Shown here piece by piece: positions 1 to 9,868 of a stretch of DNA of 64,000 nucleotides. The first letter of the stretch is position 1. Each line of letters begins with the position of its first letter. Source of the DNA: Chlamydiales bacterium. GTDB lineage: Bacteria > Chlamydiota > Chlamydiia > Chlamydiales > JARBTQ01. Below the pieces are notes generated by a model, which was not told the DNA's origin, searched no databases, and saw only the letters and a list, made by a program, of their open reading frames with translations. Made by a program: the position numbers and the translations under genes. The stretch covers positions 2,544 through 66,543 of the forward strand of contig JARBTQ010000006.1 in assembly GCA_029240075.1 (NCBI GenBank). Reading direction: 5' to 3'.

Positions 1-1
1 A

Positions 2-1069
2 TGATGAGTAAGTAAAGGAAATATTATCTAATTCGATTTCACCATTTTGAATATCTAAAGGTTTAGCTTGATCACTATTTTTGATTTCAATAGGTTCAGA
101 AATAATTTTCAAAGAATCAGAGGCAGAACCGATCTCTTCAAAAAGCTTTGTTGCTTGATTTGCAATATGCCATGCCATACTAAGTATTGAAATAGTTGCA
201 GCCACAATAAAGCTGAAATCACCGATCGTAATCTTTCCTAGGGACCACCCATACAAGGCCAAAACTAAAATCATAATAATGAGAGCGCTGGAAAATAAAC
301 GTTGAAATGCTCGGACCTTTTCTAAGTACCAGAGAAAATCTTGATGTCTTTCAGCTTCATTATGTAAATAACTCTCTAGGTATTGTTGCTCATAATCTGC
401 CCTAGCAAAAAGTCTGCTATTGACAATGTTGCTTAATGAATCTGAAATCCTTCCTTTAACAAGAGTTGCTGCTTCAGCATGTTTTTTAGCAAACAAAACA
501 CTCTTTTTGTTAATTAAAGACACTACGAGTGTTAAGTAAGTCAGCATCCATACTAGTAAGACTGTAGCGAATATAGGATGAATCGTCCACATTAAGTAAG
601 CTGAAATAAGAAAAGAGCACAATAAAGGCATAAAGTCTTGTAATAACATGCTGCTTAGCCTCACCCCACTTCGAGCTAATTCTACAATACGACTTGAAGT
701 TCCCCCGGTGAATTGATTAAGAAAGTAGCTATAGGAGTGTTGCTGCACATAAGCAAACAATTCAGATGCAATTTTTTGTCTAAAATTAGAGTAAGTATAG
801 ATACCGATAATTCCTTGGAGTATATTACAACCTTCCATAAATAGCCTTAATCCTATAAAACTTCCTAGAGGCCATTTAATTACCTCAAATACATCTTGGG
901 GTTTCCCTTCAAATGTAGTTACTTTATCAATGATTAGTTTTATCAGATAAGGGCCTGCTGAGTCGTAAAGAGCCCAAATAATAGAGGTAAGTGCTATCCC
1001 TAAAAACTTTAACCAAAAGGGCTTTGCAAAATATAGGTAAAAAGCTGTAAGAGAACGTGTTTCGGGCAT
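2..1069 (-). CDS. ABC exporter (MsbA/MdlB-like) permease/ATP-binding protein, 5' part; runs off the window start
   Basis: Manual translation from ATG at 1069 (MPETRSLTAFYLYFAKPFWLKFLGIALTSIIWALYDSAGPYLIKLIID...) gives several TM segments, ITIGDF and GEIELDNISFTY (start of the NBD); AAGGA RBS upstream; absent from ORF track because no stop in window. Confidence 0.85.
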   Translation of the reverse strand, partial: MPETRSLTAFYLYFAKPFWLKFLGIALTSIIWALYDSAGPYLIKLIIDKVTTFEGKPQDVFEVIKWPLGSFIGLRLFMEGCNILQGIIGIYTYSNFRQKIASELFAYVQQHSYSYFLNQFTGGTSSRIVELARSGVRLSSMLLQDFMPLLCSFLISAYLMWTIHPIFATVLLVWMLTYLTLVVSLINKKSVLFAKKHAEAATLVKGRISDSLSNIVNSRLFARADYEQQYLESYLHNEAERHQDFLWYLEKVRAFQRLFSSALIIMILVLALYGWSLGKITIGDFSFIVAATISILSMAWHIANQATKLFEEIGSASDSLKIISEPIEIKNSDQAKPLDIQNGEIELDNISFTYSS

Positions 1070-1105
1070 ACGGTTAATCCTTTATTTGCAGAAGTTTGCT
1101 TAAAA

Positions 1106-2023
1106 TTAAGACCTGATATAATCGATAGCTTTTTTTATGTCTTCAGGCGGTTCAGCACATGTTAAAATTATTTGATTCTTTATGGGATGAATCCATTCCA
1201 GGCTTAAGGCGTGTAAAAGTAGCCTTCCTGTCTTATAAGGGCATCTAAAATGTTTGCTGTATTGACGATCCCCCAATATAGGGAAGCCAAGTTGACTCAT
1301 ATGGATACGGATTTGATGAGTTCTTCCTGTTTGTGGCCAACAATGCATTAGGCTTGCCCCTCCTCCGCTTTCAACTTTTTGCCATATCGTCTCAGCTAAA
1401 ACGCCTTTATTTTTAGGAACTTCTCCCCAAATGCAACAACCTTGAAAGCCCTGAATTTTGCCTAAATAATTAGTAATGGTTCCTTTTAACGTTTTTGGTG
1501 ATCCATCTACAATAGCGCAGTATTTCTTTTTAATAGTTCGTTCTCTAAATTGCTTTATAAGCAATGGCTCCAATTCTGGTTGCTTTGCAAATAAAATAGC
1601 ACCACTAGTTTCTTTGTCCAGTCGGTGGATAGGGATTATACTTTTACAGTATACCTTGATTTGATGGAAAAGCCCTTCTTCATCACAGGAAATTCCAGGG
1701 GGTTTATCATATATAAGGATAGCTTCATCTTCATACAAAATTCTATTAGAGTCATATTTTGTAGTACTATGGATTTGAGAGGGGATGGCTGATACATTTA
1801 ACTCTATGAAATCGCCAAGTTTTGTCTTAGTAGATACAAAACGTTCGAGTTGTTTGTTAATTCTACATAAATTATGCTCAATCGCCCATTTGACTTGTGA
1901 TAAGCTAAGCTCTGAACCAAGCACTAGTTTCAAATAGCGGTCTAAACGTAATCCAGATGTTTCCGAAGTTACAAAAAACTGCTTATAAATAGAAGGTATG
2001 CTTTTCTTTTGTTGATGCGTCAT
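1106..2023 (-). CDS. RluA/RluD-family pseudouridine synthase with N-terminal S4 domain
   Basis: RLDRYL S4 start, DKPPG, HRLDKETSG catalytic motif, TGRTHQIRIH, LLHA. Confidence 0.93.
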   Translation of the reverse strand: MTHQQKKSIPSIYKQFFVTSETSGLRLDRYLKLVLGSELSLSQVKWAIEHNLCRINKQLERFVSTKTKLGDFIELNVSAIPSQIHSTTKYDSNRILYEDEAILIYDKPPGISCDEEGLFHQIKVYCKSIIPIHRLDKETSGAILFAKQPELEPLLIKQFRERTIKKKYCAIVDGSPKTLKGTITNYLGKIQGFQGCCIWGEVPKNKGVLAETIWQKVESGGGASLMHCWPQTGRTHQIRIHMSQLGFPILGDRQYSKHFRCPYKTGRLLLHALSLEWIHPIKNQIILTCAEPPEDIKKAIDYIRS

Positions 2024-2147
2024 TTAAATGATACTAAATTTTAAAAGATGGATTTATTCTTGAACGTGAATAGAGCAATAGCTATGATAATTCTTTTGTT
2101 ACTGGTTTTACAAGAGATAAATTATAGGTTTTAAATGGGAGCGGTTC

Positions 2148-3065
2148 ATGCTAGCAATTGATTTAAAGGGTAAAGTTGCCTTTGTTGCGGGTGTAGGTGA
2201 TAATAATGGCTATGGTTGGGCTGTAGCAAAGATGTTAGCGGAAGCAGGGGCTACAGTTCTTGTAGGGACATGGCCACCTGTACTTAAAATTTTCACTACA
2301 AGCTTAGCTCAGGGTAAATTTGATGAGTCTCGTAAACTATCAGATGGAACCTTACTAGACTTTAAAAAAGTCTATCCATTAGATGCAGCCTACGATACGG
2401 TTTCTGATGTTCCAGTCGAAATTAGAGAGAATAAGCGCTATCAAGAACTAGAGCATTTTACCATTAAAGATGTTGCTGCTGCAATTGCTCAAGATTTCGG
2501 ACAAATTGATATTTTTGTACATGCTTTGGCAAATGGCCCTGAGGTCAAAAAGCCGTTGTTAGAGACGTCAAGGAATGGATACTTAGCTGCTATAAGTGCA
2601 TCTAGTTACTCCTGGGTTAGTTGTCTGCAATATTTTGGTCCTATCATTAAAAAAGGGGGCGCTGCTCTTACTTTATCTTACATTGCATCTGAAAAAGTAA
2701 TTCCAGGATATGGTGGAGGAATGAGTTCTGCAAAAGCAGCTTTAGAAAGTGATACGCGTGTATTAGCATGGGAAGCAGGAAGAAAATGGGGTGTTCGCAT
2801 CAATGCTATTTCTGCTGGAGCTTTGGGATCACGCGCTGCGAAAGCTATTGGATTTATTGAAAAAATGATTGATTATGGGATCACAAATGCTCCTTTAAAC
2901 AAAGATCTACAAAGTTGTGAAGTGGCTTCTGCTGCTGCATTTTTACTTTCCCCTTTAGCTTCTGCAATTGCTGGTGTCGTTTTACATGTTGACAATGGAT
3001 TACATGCTATGGGCGTAGCAGTTGATAGTAAATCACTTGCAAGTGAAGAAAGCACTTCAATTTAG
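2148..3065 (+). CDS. fabI: Enoyl-ACP reductase, chlamydial/plant type
   Basis: [37 protein letters not shown] motifs. Confidence 0.97.
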   Translation: MLAIDLKGKVAFVAGVGDNNGYGWAVAKMLAEAGATVLVGTWPPVLKIFTTSLAQGKFDESRKLSDGTLLDFKKVYPLDAAYDTVSDVPVEIRENKRYQELEHFTIKDVAAAIAQDFGQIDIFVHALANGPEVKKPLLETSRNGYLAAISASSYSWVSCLQYFGPIIKKGGAALTLSYIASEKVIPGYGGGMSSAKAALESDTRVLAWEAGRKWGVRINAISAGALGSRAAKAIGFIEKMIDYGITNAPLNKDLQSCEVASAAAFLLSPLASAIAGVVLHVDNGLHAMGVAVDSKSLASEESTSI

Positions 3066-3076
3066 AAAGATTATTA

Positions 3077-3148
3077 TAGGTTTTCTTAAAAAAACTTTTT
3101 TATGAAGATCTATTAAAATAGTCGATCAAGAGTTATATAAGAGATCTA
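3077..3148. repeat. Degenerate copy of the ~70-bp palindromic element
   Basis: Right end reverse-complements to TAGATCTCTTATATAAC; left end TAGGTTTTCTTAAAAAAAC is a weak match; length similar to clearer copies. Confidence 0.3.
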
Positions 3149-3176
3149 ATAAGCATAGAACTCAACTAGGAAATGG

Positions 3177-3205
3177 GCTATAGGCTATATAATTTAGCCT
3201 ATAGC
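3177..3205 (+). terminator. Hairpin downstream of fabI
   Basis: GCTATAGGCTA-7 nt-TAGCCTATAGC perfect 11-bp stem followed by T-rich sequence. Confidence 0.55.
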
Positions 3206-3270
3206 TTACTTATTTCTTATACGAAGAGTTTTTAACCCACAGTGCTTTATATTTAATTAAGGATAAAATC

Positions 3271-4176
3271 ATGCATTTAGTATTTTTGATGTATGCTCTA
3301 TTTGCAAGTATCTTTACTGTTGCCAAAGCTACATTGCAGTATGCTCAACCCTTTTTCCTACTTGGAACTCGTATGGTTCTAGCAGGCATCATTCTTCTAG
3401 GGTATCAATTCATCTTCAAAAGAGAGCTTTTACGCTGGAATGCTCGTTATCTTAAACCTCTTTTGATGGTAATCTTTTTTACTTTCTTTTTAACAAATGT
3501 TTTTGAATTTTGGGGTTTGCAGTTTCTTTCATCTTCAAAAACTTGTTTTATATACAGTTTATCGCCGTTCATCTCAGCTCTCTTGTCTTATTTTATTTTT
3601 ACAGAAAAGTTAACATATAAAAAATGGATTGGACTACTAATAGGTTTTTGCGGAATGTTCCCTGTTTTTATAGAAGATTCTCAGGCTGAAACAGGCTTAA
3701 CTCACTTACTATTCTTTTCTGCTGCAGAGTTAGCTTTGATTGCAGCTGTTTTTTGTAGTTGCTATGGTTGGATTTCAATGCAAAAATTGTGCAAAGATGA
3801 TTATTCACCATTAACGGCCAATGGATTTGGAATGTTCTTCGGAGGTATTTTAGCCTTAATTACCTCGTTTATTTTTGAAAAATGGGAACCTGTACCTGTT
3901 ACCCAATGGACACCTGTCATAGAAGGAACCATTTATATGCTTATTATCTCCAATCTACTTGCATATAATATGTATTCATTTTTACTACGTCGTTTTACTG
4001 CAACCTTTATGTCATTTGCAGGATTTGTAACGCCTATTTTTGTGTCTATTTATGGACGTATTTTTTTAGGTGAGCTATTTAGTCCTACGTTTTTTATCTC
4101 TGCATCAATAGTTTTCATAGGTCTTTACCTATTTCACCAGGAAGAACTAAAGTTGCAGGGGTTAGAGATTAGATAA
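3271..4176 (+). CDS. DMT/EamA family transporter
   Basis: 301 aa, about 10 hydrophobic helices in two repeats; FIYSLSPF...IFTEKL and IFLGE patterns. Confidence 0.9.
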   Translation: MHLVFLMYALFASIFTVAKATLQYAQPFFLLGTRMVLAGIILLGYQFIFKRELLRWNARYLKPLLMVIFFTFFLTNVFEFWGLQFLSSSKTCFIYSLSPFISALLSYFIFTEKLTYKKWIGLLIGFCGMFPVFIEDSQAETGLTHLLFFSAAELALIAAVFCSCYGWISMQKLCKDDYSPLTANGFGMFFGGILALITSFIFEKWEPVPVTQWTPVIEGTIYMLIISNLLAYNMYSFLLRRFTATFMSFAGFVTPIFVSIYGRIFLGELFSPTFFISASIVFIGLYLFHQEELKLQGLEIR

Positions 4177-4204
4177 TCTATGTCATAGGATGTGAATTAC
4201 AGAG

Positions 4205-5356
4205 ATGCAAGACGATATTATTTATTCTCGCGAAAAGCCATTTTATGGGGCCTTAAAACAACGGCATCGTCTAAATAAGCCAGGTTCAAATAAGGAAACT
4301 ATCCATTACGTGATAGATCTACAAGGCTCTGGAATGCGGTATAATGTAGGGGACTCGATTGCTATTTTACCTGAAAATAACACTTATGTTGTGGATAGTT
4401 TATTGCACTCATTGAGAGCTAATGGCTCTCAAAAGATATATTATCAATTAGGGGAGTCAAATATATCTTTTAAGAAGTATTTAACTAACTATGCCAATAT
4501 TTGTTTGTCCTTACCACATAAGAAATTCATAAAAGAGCTTTTAGAGAGGCAATGTAATCCTCTTAAAAAAAAGGATTTAGAATTACTAATCTCAGAAAAA
4601 GATATTTTTGACGCATATTGTGCTTCATCTAGTCTTATAGATCTGTTGAATACTCACTCAGAAGTGGTATGGCATCCGCAAGAAATTGTAGATGTTTTTC
4701 CAGCTTTACTACCTCGATTCTATTCTATTGCTTCAGCGCAAGCGGTGGTTGGAGAAGAAGTTCACCTAACAGTAGTTTCAGTAAAATATAGTATTGGATT
4801 GCAAGAGCGAATAGGTGTGTGTACAGATTACTTGAAGAAAGTTCCTCTAAATTCAAAAGAGATTGCTCTTTACCTACAACCGACTAAACATTTTCATTTA
4901 CCTAAGGATCCTACAGCTCCTATTATTATGATTGGACCAGGTACAGGGGTAGCTCCTTTTCGTGCTTTTATGCAAGAGAGAGTGGTGTTAGGTGCTCCTG
5001 GGAAAAATTGGCTTTTCTTTGGTGAATGGAGTAGAGCTTATGATTTCCTCTATGAAAGTGAGTGGGAAGCTCTTGTTGCTCAGAATAAACTTAAATTGAG
5101 TTTAGCATTCTCGCGTGATCAATTACATAAAGTTTATGTTCAGCACAAAATGGAGGAGTCAGCTCACGAAATATGGAATTGGCTTAACGAAGGAGCCTAC
5201 ATATATATATGCGGCGATGCGAAATATATGGCAAAAGATGTTGAATCAGTTCTCTTTAATCTTGTGAAGAACTTTGGTCATATGGATGATACAACAGCCC
5301 ACACTTATCTTCGGCAATTACGTAAGGAAGGTCGTCTTCAAAAAGATGTCTACTAA
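4205..5356 (+). CDS. cysJ: Sulfite reductase flavoprotein-like FAD/NADPH oxidoreductase without flavodoxin domain
   Basis: PRFYSIAS, GVCT, MIGPGTGVAPFR, NWLFFG, AFSRDQ, YICGDA, C-terminal QKDVY. Confidence 0.9.
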   Translation: MQDDIIYSREKPFYGALKQRHRLNKPGSNKETIHYVIDLQGSGMRYNVGDSIAILPENNTYVVDSLLHSLRANGSQKIYYQLGESNISFKKYLTNYANICLSLPHKKFIKELLERQCNPLKKKDLELLISEKDIFDAYCASSSLIDLLNTHSEVVWHPQEIVDVFPALLPRFYSIASAQAVVGEEVHLTVVSVKYSIGLQERIGVCTDYLKKVPLNSKEIALYLQPTKHFHLPKDPTAPIIMIGPGTGVAPFRAFMQERVVLGAPGKNWLFFGEWSRAYDFLYESEWEALVAQNKLKLSLAFSRDQLHKVYVQHKMEESAHEIWNWLNEGAYIYICGDAKYMAKDVESVLFNLVKNFGHMDDTTAHTYLRQLRKEGRLQKDVY

Positions 5357-5474
5357 CATTAAGTATTGGCTAGTTTAAAATTTATTAAATAATTCAATTT
5401 TCATATCCCTAGCCTTTTTAAATATTAAATCTGATTCTTTTAAGGAAAATACTGGTAGCTTTTTGAAAGTACTA

Positions 5475-5516
5475 TATCCCCCAGCCTCAAACTAAATAGA
5501 TAGAAGATGGGGGATA
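5475..5516. terminator. Inverted repeat between convergent cysJ and npt
   Basis: TATCCCCCA...TGGGGGATA stem with long loop. Confidence 0.4.
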
Positions 5517-5560
5517 GTAGCAATAGCTAAGAAATATAGAGAGATGTTTGTACTGTTAAT

Positions 5561-7075
5561 CTATTTCTTATGGATCAAAGGTTCTACTTGCAGGCCAAGA
5601 GATTTTACACTTGTCATCCATACAAATATGAATAAACAAATAAGAGCCGCTACATAAGGTGTAGTTCCTGCGATTCCAGAAAACATAACAATTAATACTT
5701 GGTACATAATAGAACCGCCAGACTTGCCTAGTCGTGAACCGATACCATCAATTACAGATTTAGCATTAATTTTTTCATCTGAATGAAGTGGCGTAAATGA
5801 TAATTCTTTAGTTGCATCAAAAAGGGTATACTTTGAAACTCGTCCTAATACGTTTTGTGCAGAACCGAAAAGAACTGCTATATAAAGAGGCGTTGTATGT
5901 AAGAGTGCTAAAATAATATCTTCAAACTGATGTCCAAACATAAGAAATAAGAAGAAACCAAACGTCGTAATAAGCATAATGGCTGGAGGAATCATTGCAG
6001 TAAAAGTCCATCCAAAACGTCGGATAAGGTACCCTGACACAAATGCCATAAAAGCAGCCATTAAACCGGTGATACTCGTGACTTCGCTAAAATATGCTGT
6101 ATATTGATTAGGATCTGCGTGCTGCTGGCGTAGTTGATCTTTCCAAGCTACTTCCGTCAAATTAATGACAATATTATAAGATAGAACAATAAGAGCTATA
6201 TACATCACATATCGTGAACGAGCTAAAAATTTAAAGCTTTCTAGCAATGAAATATTCTTTTGTTTCTCTATAGACTCTTTTTTTGCTTCTGCTGAGTAGC
6301 TTTCAGGATCTGTAAGTACATAACTCTGCATCCAGGCAAATAGGATAACCGTACATGCTCCGGATATAAGCAACATAAGGGTATACAATATCAACGACTG
6401 TTCCCACTGATTGCTTCCAGGAAGAAACTCATTATAAGGCATACGAGCGCAATAAGCTGAAAGCTTTCCAATGATAAAACCAGCCATATTTGTTCCAAAA
6501 GCTAGCAAACCATAAAAGCGTTTAGCTTCTGATATTTTTGTAATTTCGTTGACGAAAGCCCAGAATAACACACTTAATATAATAGCACTCCACATTTCAC
6601 TCATTACGTAGAATGCAGAAATGATCCAGTTGCGGAAAATATCGATTAGGCCTCTTAAACCTTTCAATGCTTCGGGCAAGCTACTTTGGAAATGATCCGC
6701 TAGCTGATAAGGCTGTATTTGATCTCTTAAAGGAAATAATACGAATGTAAAGAGAGCAAAAAATCCCAAAAAAATTCCCATCATGACATAAAAAACGGTT
6801 TGTCTAGAGAAATGACGAGATAAAGTTGTAAACAGATAAGTCATAAAGACTGCTGTTGGCAGCATAGCCCATACTTTAAGGAAAGGGATCACTTCTGCTC
6901 CCGAAGCATTTGTAGTTACTACTAATGAATCTTTTAAAATCTTCAATAGATGGTAATTTATCGAGATAAAGAATGTCATTAATAGCATGGGAACGAATTT
7001 TTTCACTTCATTCCGATAGATCGGCCATAAAATCGACCGAACTTTAGAAAACTCTGCTGGGGTCGCTTGACTCAT
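5561..7075 (-). CDS. Nucleotide transport protein (Npt/TLC ATP-ADP translocase family)
   Basis: LWPIYRNEVKKFVPM, GAEVIPFLKVW, FYVMSEMW, LFWAFVNEIT..EAKRFY, KYTLFDATKE, IDGIGSRLGKSGGS. Confidence 0.96.
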   Translation of the reverse strand: MSQATPAEFSKVRSILWPIYRNEVKKFVPMLLMTFFISINYHLLKILKDSLVVTTNASGAEVIPFLKVWAMLPTAVFMTYLFTTLSRHFSRQTVFYVMMGIFLGFFALFTFVLFPLRDQIQPYQLADHFQSSLPEALKGLRGLIDIFRNWIISAFYVMSEMWSAIILSVLFWAFVNEITKISEAKRFYGLLAFGTNMAGFIIGKLSAYCARMPYNEFLPGSNQWEQSLILYTLMLLISGACTVILFAWMQSYVLTDPESYSAEAKKESIEKQKNISLLESFKFLARSRYVMYIALIVLSYNIVINLTEVAWKDQLRQQHADPNQYTAYFSEVTSITGLMAAFMAFVSGYLIRRFGWTFTAMIPPAIMLITTFGFFLFLMFGHQFEDIILALLHTTPLYIAVLFGSAQNVLGRVSKYTLFDATKELSFTPLHSDEKINAKSVIDGIGSRLGKSGGSIMYQVLIVMFSGIAGTTPYVAALICLFIFVWMTSVKSLGLQVEPLIHKK

Positions 7076-7322
7076 AAAATATTTAACAACTTAAACGGGT
7101 TATTTTGCATTAAACAATCATCTAATTAACTGCATCGTCCAATTAACCTTAAGCCTTTTCTGACAAAGGGCAAAAGGAATAGCTCTTAAAAAGTCCCAAT
7201 TTAAGGAAGCTGTATTTAAGTTGCAATTAAAAAACTCCGAGAACGCTAGATTATCCAAAACACCTTTCAGAAAGCTTAGGGGTAGTGAATTAAAAAAAAT
7301 AATGTATCTGATTGCTTATAAT

Positions 7323-7799
7323 TTAGCGAGATATATTTTTTAACTTATTCCATCCTAGGCCCAGTAAGGTACTCCCTAATAAAAGATACAAAAACCAGTA
7401 GCTTGTATCCCATTCAATCCTTAGAGTTCCATGCCGCGAAAATAAGAGTAGAAGAAGAGCAAAAAAAGTCAATGTAGATCCTGGTAGGAAAAACAGGAGA
7501 GGTATCAGAGTAAATTGGGATTCTTCAGACATTTCATCTACAGGAAAGTTCGAGGCTTCTTCATTTTTTTGTTCTTCTAGCAGTGAGCTATGATCAACAT
7601 CTCCAATAGAATCTATTTTGGAAGAATTAAGATGAAGAGAATCTTCCAATTGCTTCGCATAATCATATTGTTGAGTTTGATATGGGGAGGTTAACTTAAA
7701 ATTAGCCCCACAATAAGGGCATAATTCTGATTTTAAAGGGATACTGCCTTCACAGTTCCAACATAACTTTTTTTTCTGCTTATTATCAGAATGGGTCAT
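7323..7799 (-). CDS. Hypothetical membrane protein with N-terminal zinc ribbon
   Basis: CWNC...CPYC and two C-terminal TM helices. Confidence 0.75.
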   Translation of the reverse strand: MTHSDNKQKKKLCWNCEGSIPLKSELCPYCGANFKLTSPYQTQQYDYAKQLEDSLHLNSSKIDSIGDVDHSSLLEEQKNEEASNFPVDEMSEESQFTLIPLLFFLPGSTLTFFALLLLLFSRHGTLRIEWDTSYWFLYLLLGSTLLGLGWNKLKNISR

Positions 7800-7960
7800 T
7801 AGGTGCTCTGTTTAGTAAACTTTAGACTGTTTATGCATAACCTTTTCGCCCGATAATCAGCGGATTCTTACAAATCTAAATTTGGCAAAGCTCCATTGAA
7901 TATCTTGGACCAATTACATATTACCCTGTCAGCTTAACTTATTTCATTTTTAAGATGCAA

Positions 7961-8030
7961 TAGACCTCTTGCAATGCCTTCTTTGCCGCATCTATAGGAT
8001 CGATTGATAAAAGGTCATGTAAGAGATCTA
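7961..8030. repeat. ~70-bp palindromic (MITE/RPE-like) element
   Basis: Left end TAGACCTCTTGCAATGCCTT; right end reverse complement TAGATCTCTTACATGACCTT. Confidence 0.6.
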
Positions 8031-8101
8031 ATCAATCTTTCATCCTTAAATCTTTAGCAGCTGACTTTAGCTTTAGCAGGTAATTCACTTTTTTAATCGT
8101 A

Positions 8102-8118
8102 TTGGCATACGCCTTGCA
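8102..8118 (+). promoter_or_regulatory. Sigma54 (-24/-12) promoter of the flgF operon
   Basis: TTGGCATACGCCTTGCA matches YTGGCACG-N4-TTGCW with exact GG/GC spacing, 37 bp before the flgF ATG. Confidence 0.8.
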
Positions 8119-8155
8119 TATAGACCTAGTAATACAAGCATTAGGAGCGAATCGT

Positions 8156-9004
8156 ATGTTACTAGGTTTTCATGCAGGAGCATCAGGTATTAACTACAAT
8201 GAAGAAAGACAAAAGGTCATTACTCATAATTTATCTAATCAATCGACTGACAGCTTCAAAAAATCCTTGTTAATGTTACAAACCCGTCAGCAGAACCCTG
8301 ATACAAGAGGGGTGGACTCGGCTGTTCGAGCAGGGCTGTCTCCCTTCTATGGCGTGCAACGCAATGGTGTATATAAAAATTTAGCCTCTGTAGGTAGCGT
8401 ACAAACTACAAATAACCCTATGGATGTTGCAATTAATGAAAATACGCCAAATGCCTTCTTTGCTGTTAAGCATTCAGATGGTTCAGATCCTAGAACCTAC
8501 TATACACGTAATGGAAAGCTTTCAATAGGTTTACAAAATCGTTTAGACCCCAACAGTCCCAATGTTCTTTACGTAGCAGGGCATATGGCATTAGACCCTC
8601 AAAATCAGCCTATTCCTATAGATCCAGCTGCAGGCTCCATTGAAATTGGACGAGATGGGCAAGTATTCCAAGCAGGAGCACCTATAGCTGAGCTAGCTGT
8701 TTTTCGTATGAATAAGAGTGCCGATCCCTTGAAGCAAGAAAATGCTAATTTACAGCTTTTAGAAAGCAAAGAAGGGCTCCTATATTCTATTCCAGATTTT
8801 GTTAAGGAAGTTGTTCCATTCAGAATTAATCCTGATGATAACCCAAATATCCTCAGACAAGGCGCTATAGAAGGTTCAAACGTGAATGCACTGCAAGAAA
8901 TGGTTGAGATGATGAACACTACGAGAAGTGCTTCCGCTAACCAGTTGGCTATGTCTACACATGCTGGATTATTAGAGAAGCTATTTCAATACGCTAGAGC
9001 TTAA
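8156..9004 (+). CDS. flgF: Flagellar basal-body rod protein FlgF
   Basis: HNLSNQSTDSFKK, TNNPMDVAI, YTRNGKL, QGAIEGSNVNALQEMVEMM; start moved to ATG 8156 (AGGAG RBS) from ORF-track TTG. Confidence 0.88.
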   Translation: MLLGFHAGASGINYNEERQKVITHNLSNQSTDSFKKSLLMLQTRQQNPDTRGVDSAVRAGLSPFYGVQRNGVYKNLASVGSVQTTNNPMDVAINENTPNAFFAVKHSDGSDPRTYYTRNGKLSIGLQNRLDPNSPNVLYVAGHMALDPQNQPIPIDPAAGSIEIGRDGQVFQAGAPIAELAVFRMNKSADPLKQENANLQLLESKEGLLYSIPDFVKEVVPFRINPDDNPNILRQGAIEGSNVNALQEMVEMMNTTRSASANQLAMSTHAGLLEKLFQYARA

Positions 9005-9048
9005 TTCCAATTCATACACTAAAAAAATAAAATAGATAAGAGGTAAAT

Positions 9049-9840
9049 ATGTCGGAAAGAGCAATGTGGACCGCAGCAAATGGTATGAAAGCAAATATGA
9101 TCAAAATGGATGTTATTGCTAACAACCTCGCTAACGCTGGAGTCAATGGATTTAAGAAGAGTAACCCTGAGTTTCAAGATCTATTATACCAAACTTTAGT
9201 GGCTCCTGGGCAATCTACAGGTGCTGATACAAGAAATCCTGTAGGACAACAGGTCGGTGTAGGAACTAGACTTTCAGCTATTTCTAAGCAATTTACCCAA
9301 GGTGACATGATCGGTACAGGTAATGACTTGAATGTTGCAATTATGGGACAAGGATTATTTGAACTAGAAGGAGCTCAAGGTGAAAAAATCTATACACGTG
9401 ATGGAAATTTCCACCTTTCAGATCAAGGTGAAATCGTAAATGCGGATGGGTATAAATTAGCTAATATTCAAGCAGTCCCTACAAATTATCGCAAGATCAA
9501 TTTCAATAAAGAAGGGTATGTTTCATACATTGATGCTGATTCTGGCCAAGAAACAGATCTAGGGCGCCTACAGCTAGTTACTTTTGCTAATTATTCCGGG
9601 TTAGATGCTCAGGGTGGAAATATTTACAAAGAAAGTCAAGCTTCTGGAGCAGCAACTCCTGTAAATCCAGGAGAACAGGGAGCTGGTACAATTTCGCATC
9701 AATTTTTAGAAGGTTCAAACGTTGTTATCGTGGAAGAAATGGTTAAATTGATGTCTGCAGAACGTTCTTACCAAACAAACTCAAAGGCTATAAGAGCTGG
9801 AGACGAAATGCTGGAAATTGCTAATCAAATTGCTCGCTAA
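9049..9840 (+). CDS. flgG: Flagellar distal rod protein FlgG
   Basis: ANNLANA..GFKK..EFQDLLYQ, QVGVGTR, YTRDGNF, LEGSNV.IVEEMV, NSKAI...DEML. Confidence 0.96.
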   Translation: MSERAMWTAANGMKANMIKMDVIANNLANAGVNGFKKSNPEFQDLLYQTLVAPGQSTGADTRNPVGQQVGVGTRLSAISKQFTQGDMIGTGNDLNVAIMGQGLFELEGAQGEKIYTRDGNFHLSDQGEIVNADGYKLANIQAVPTNYRKINFNKEGYVSYIDADSGQETDLGRLQLVTFANYSGLDAQGGNIYKESQASGAATPVNPGEQGAGTISHQFLEGSNVVIVEEMVKLMSAERSYQTNSKAIRAGDEMLEIANQIAR

Positions 9841-9868
9841 TAGCGTTAGATAAACGGGGGATTCTATC

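Noticed and set aside
4205-5356. CysJ lacking a flavodoxin domain as a possible pseudogene
   Set aside because: The short form is the usual chlamydial type and all FAD/NADPH motifs are intact
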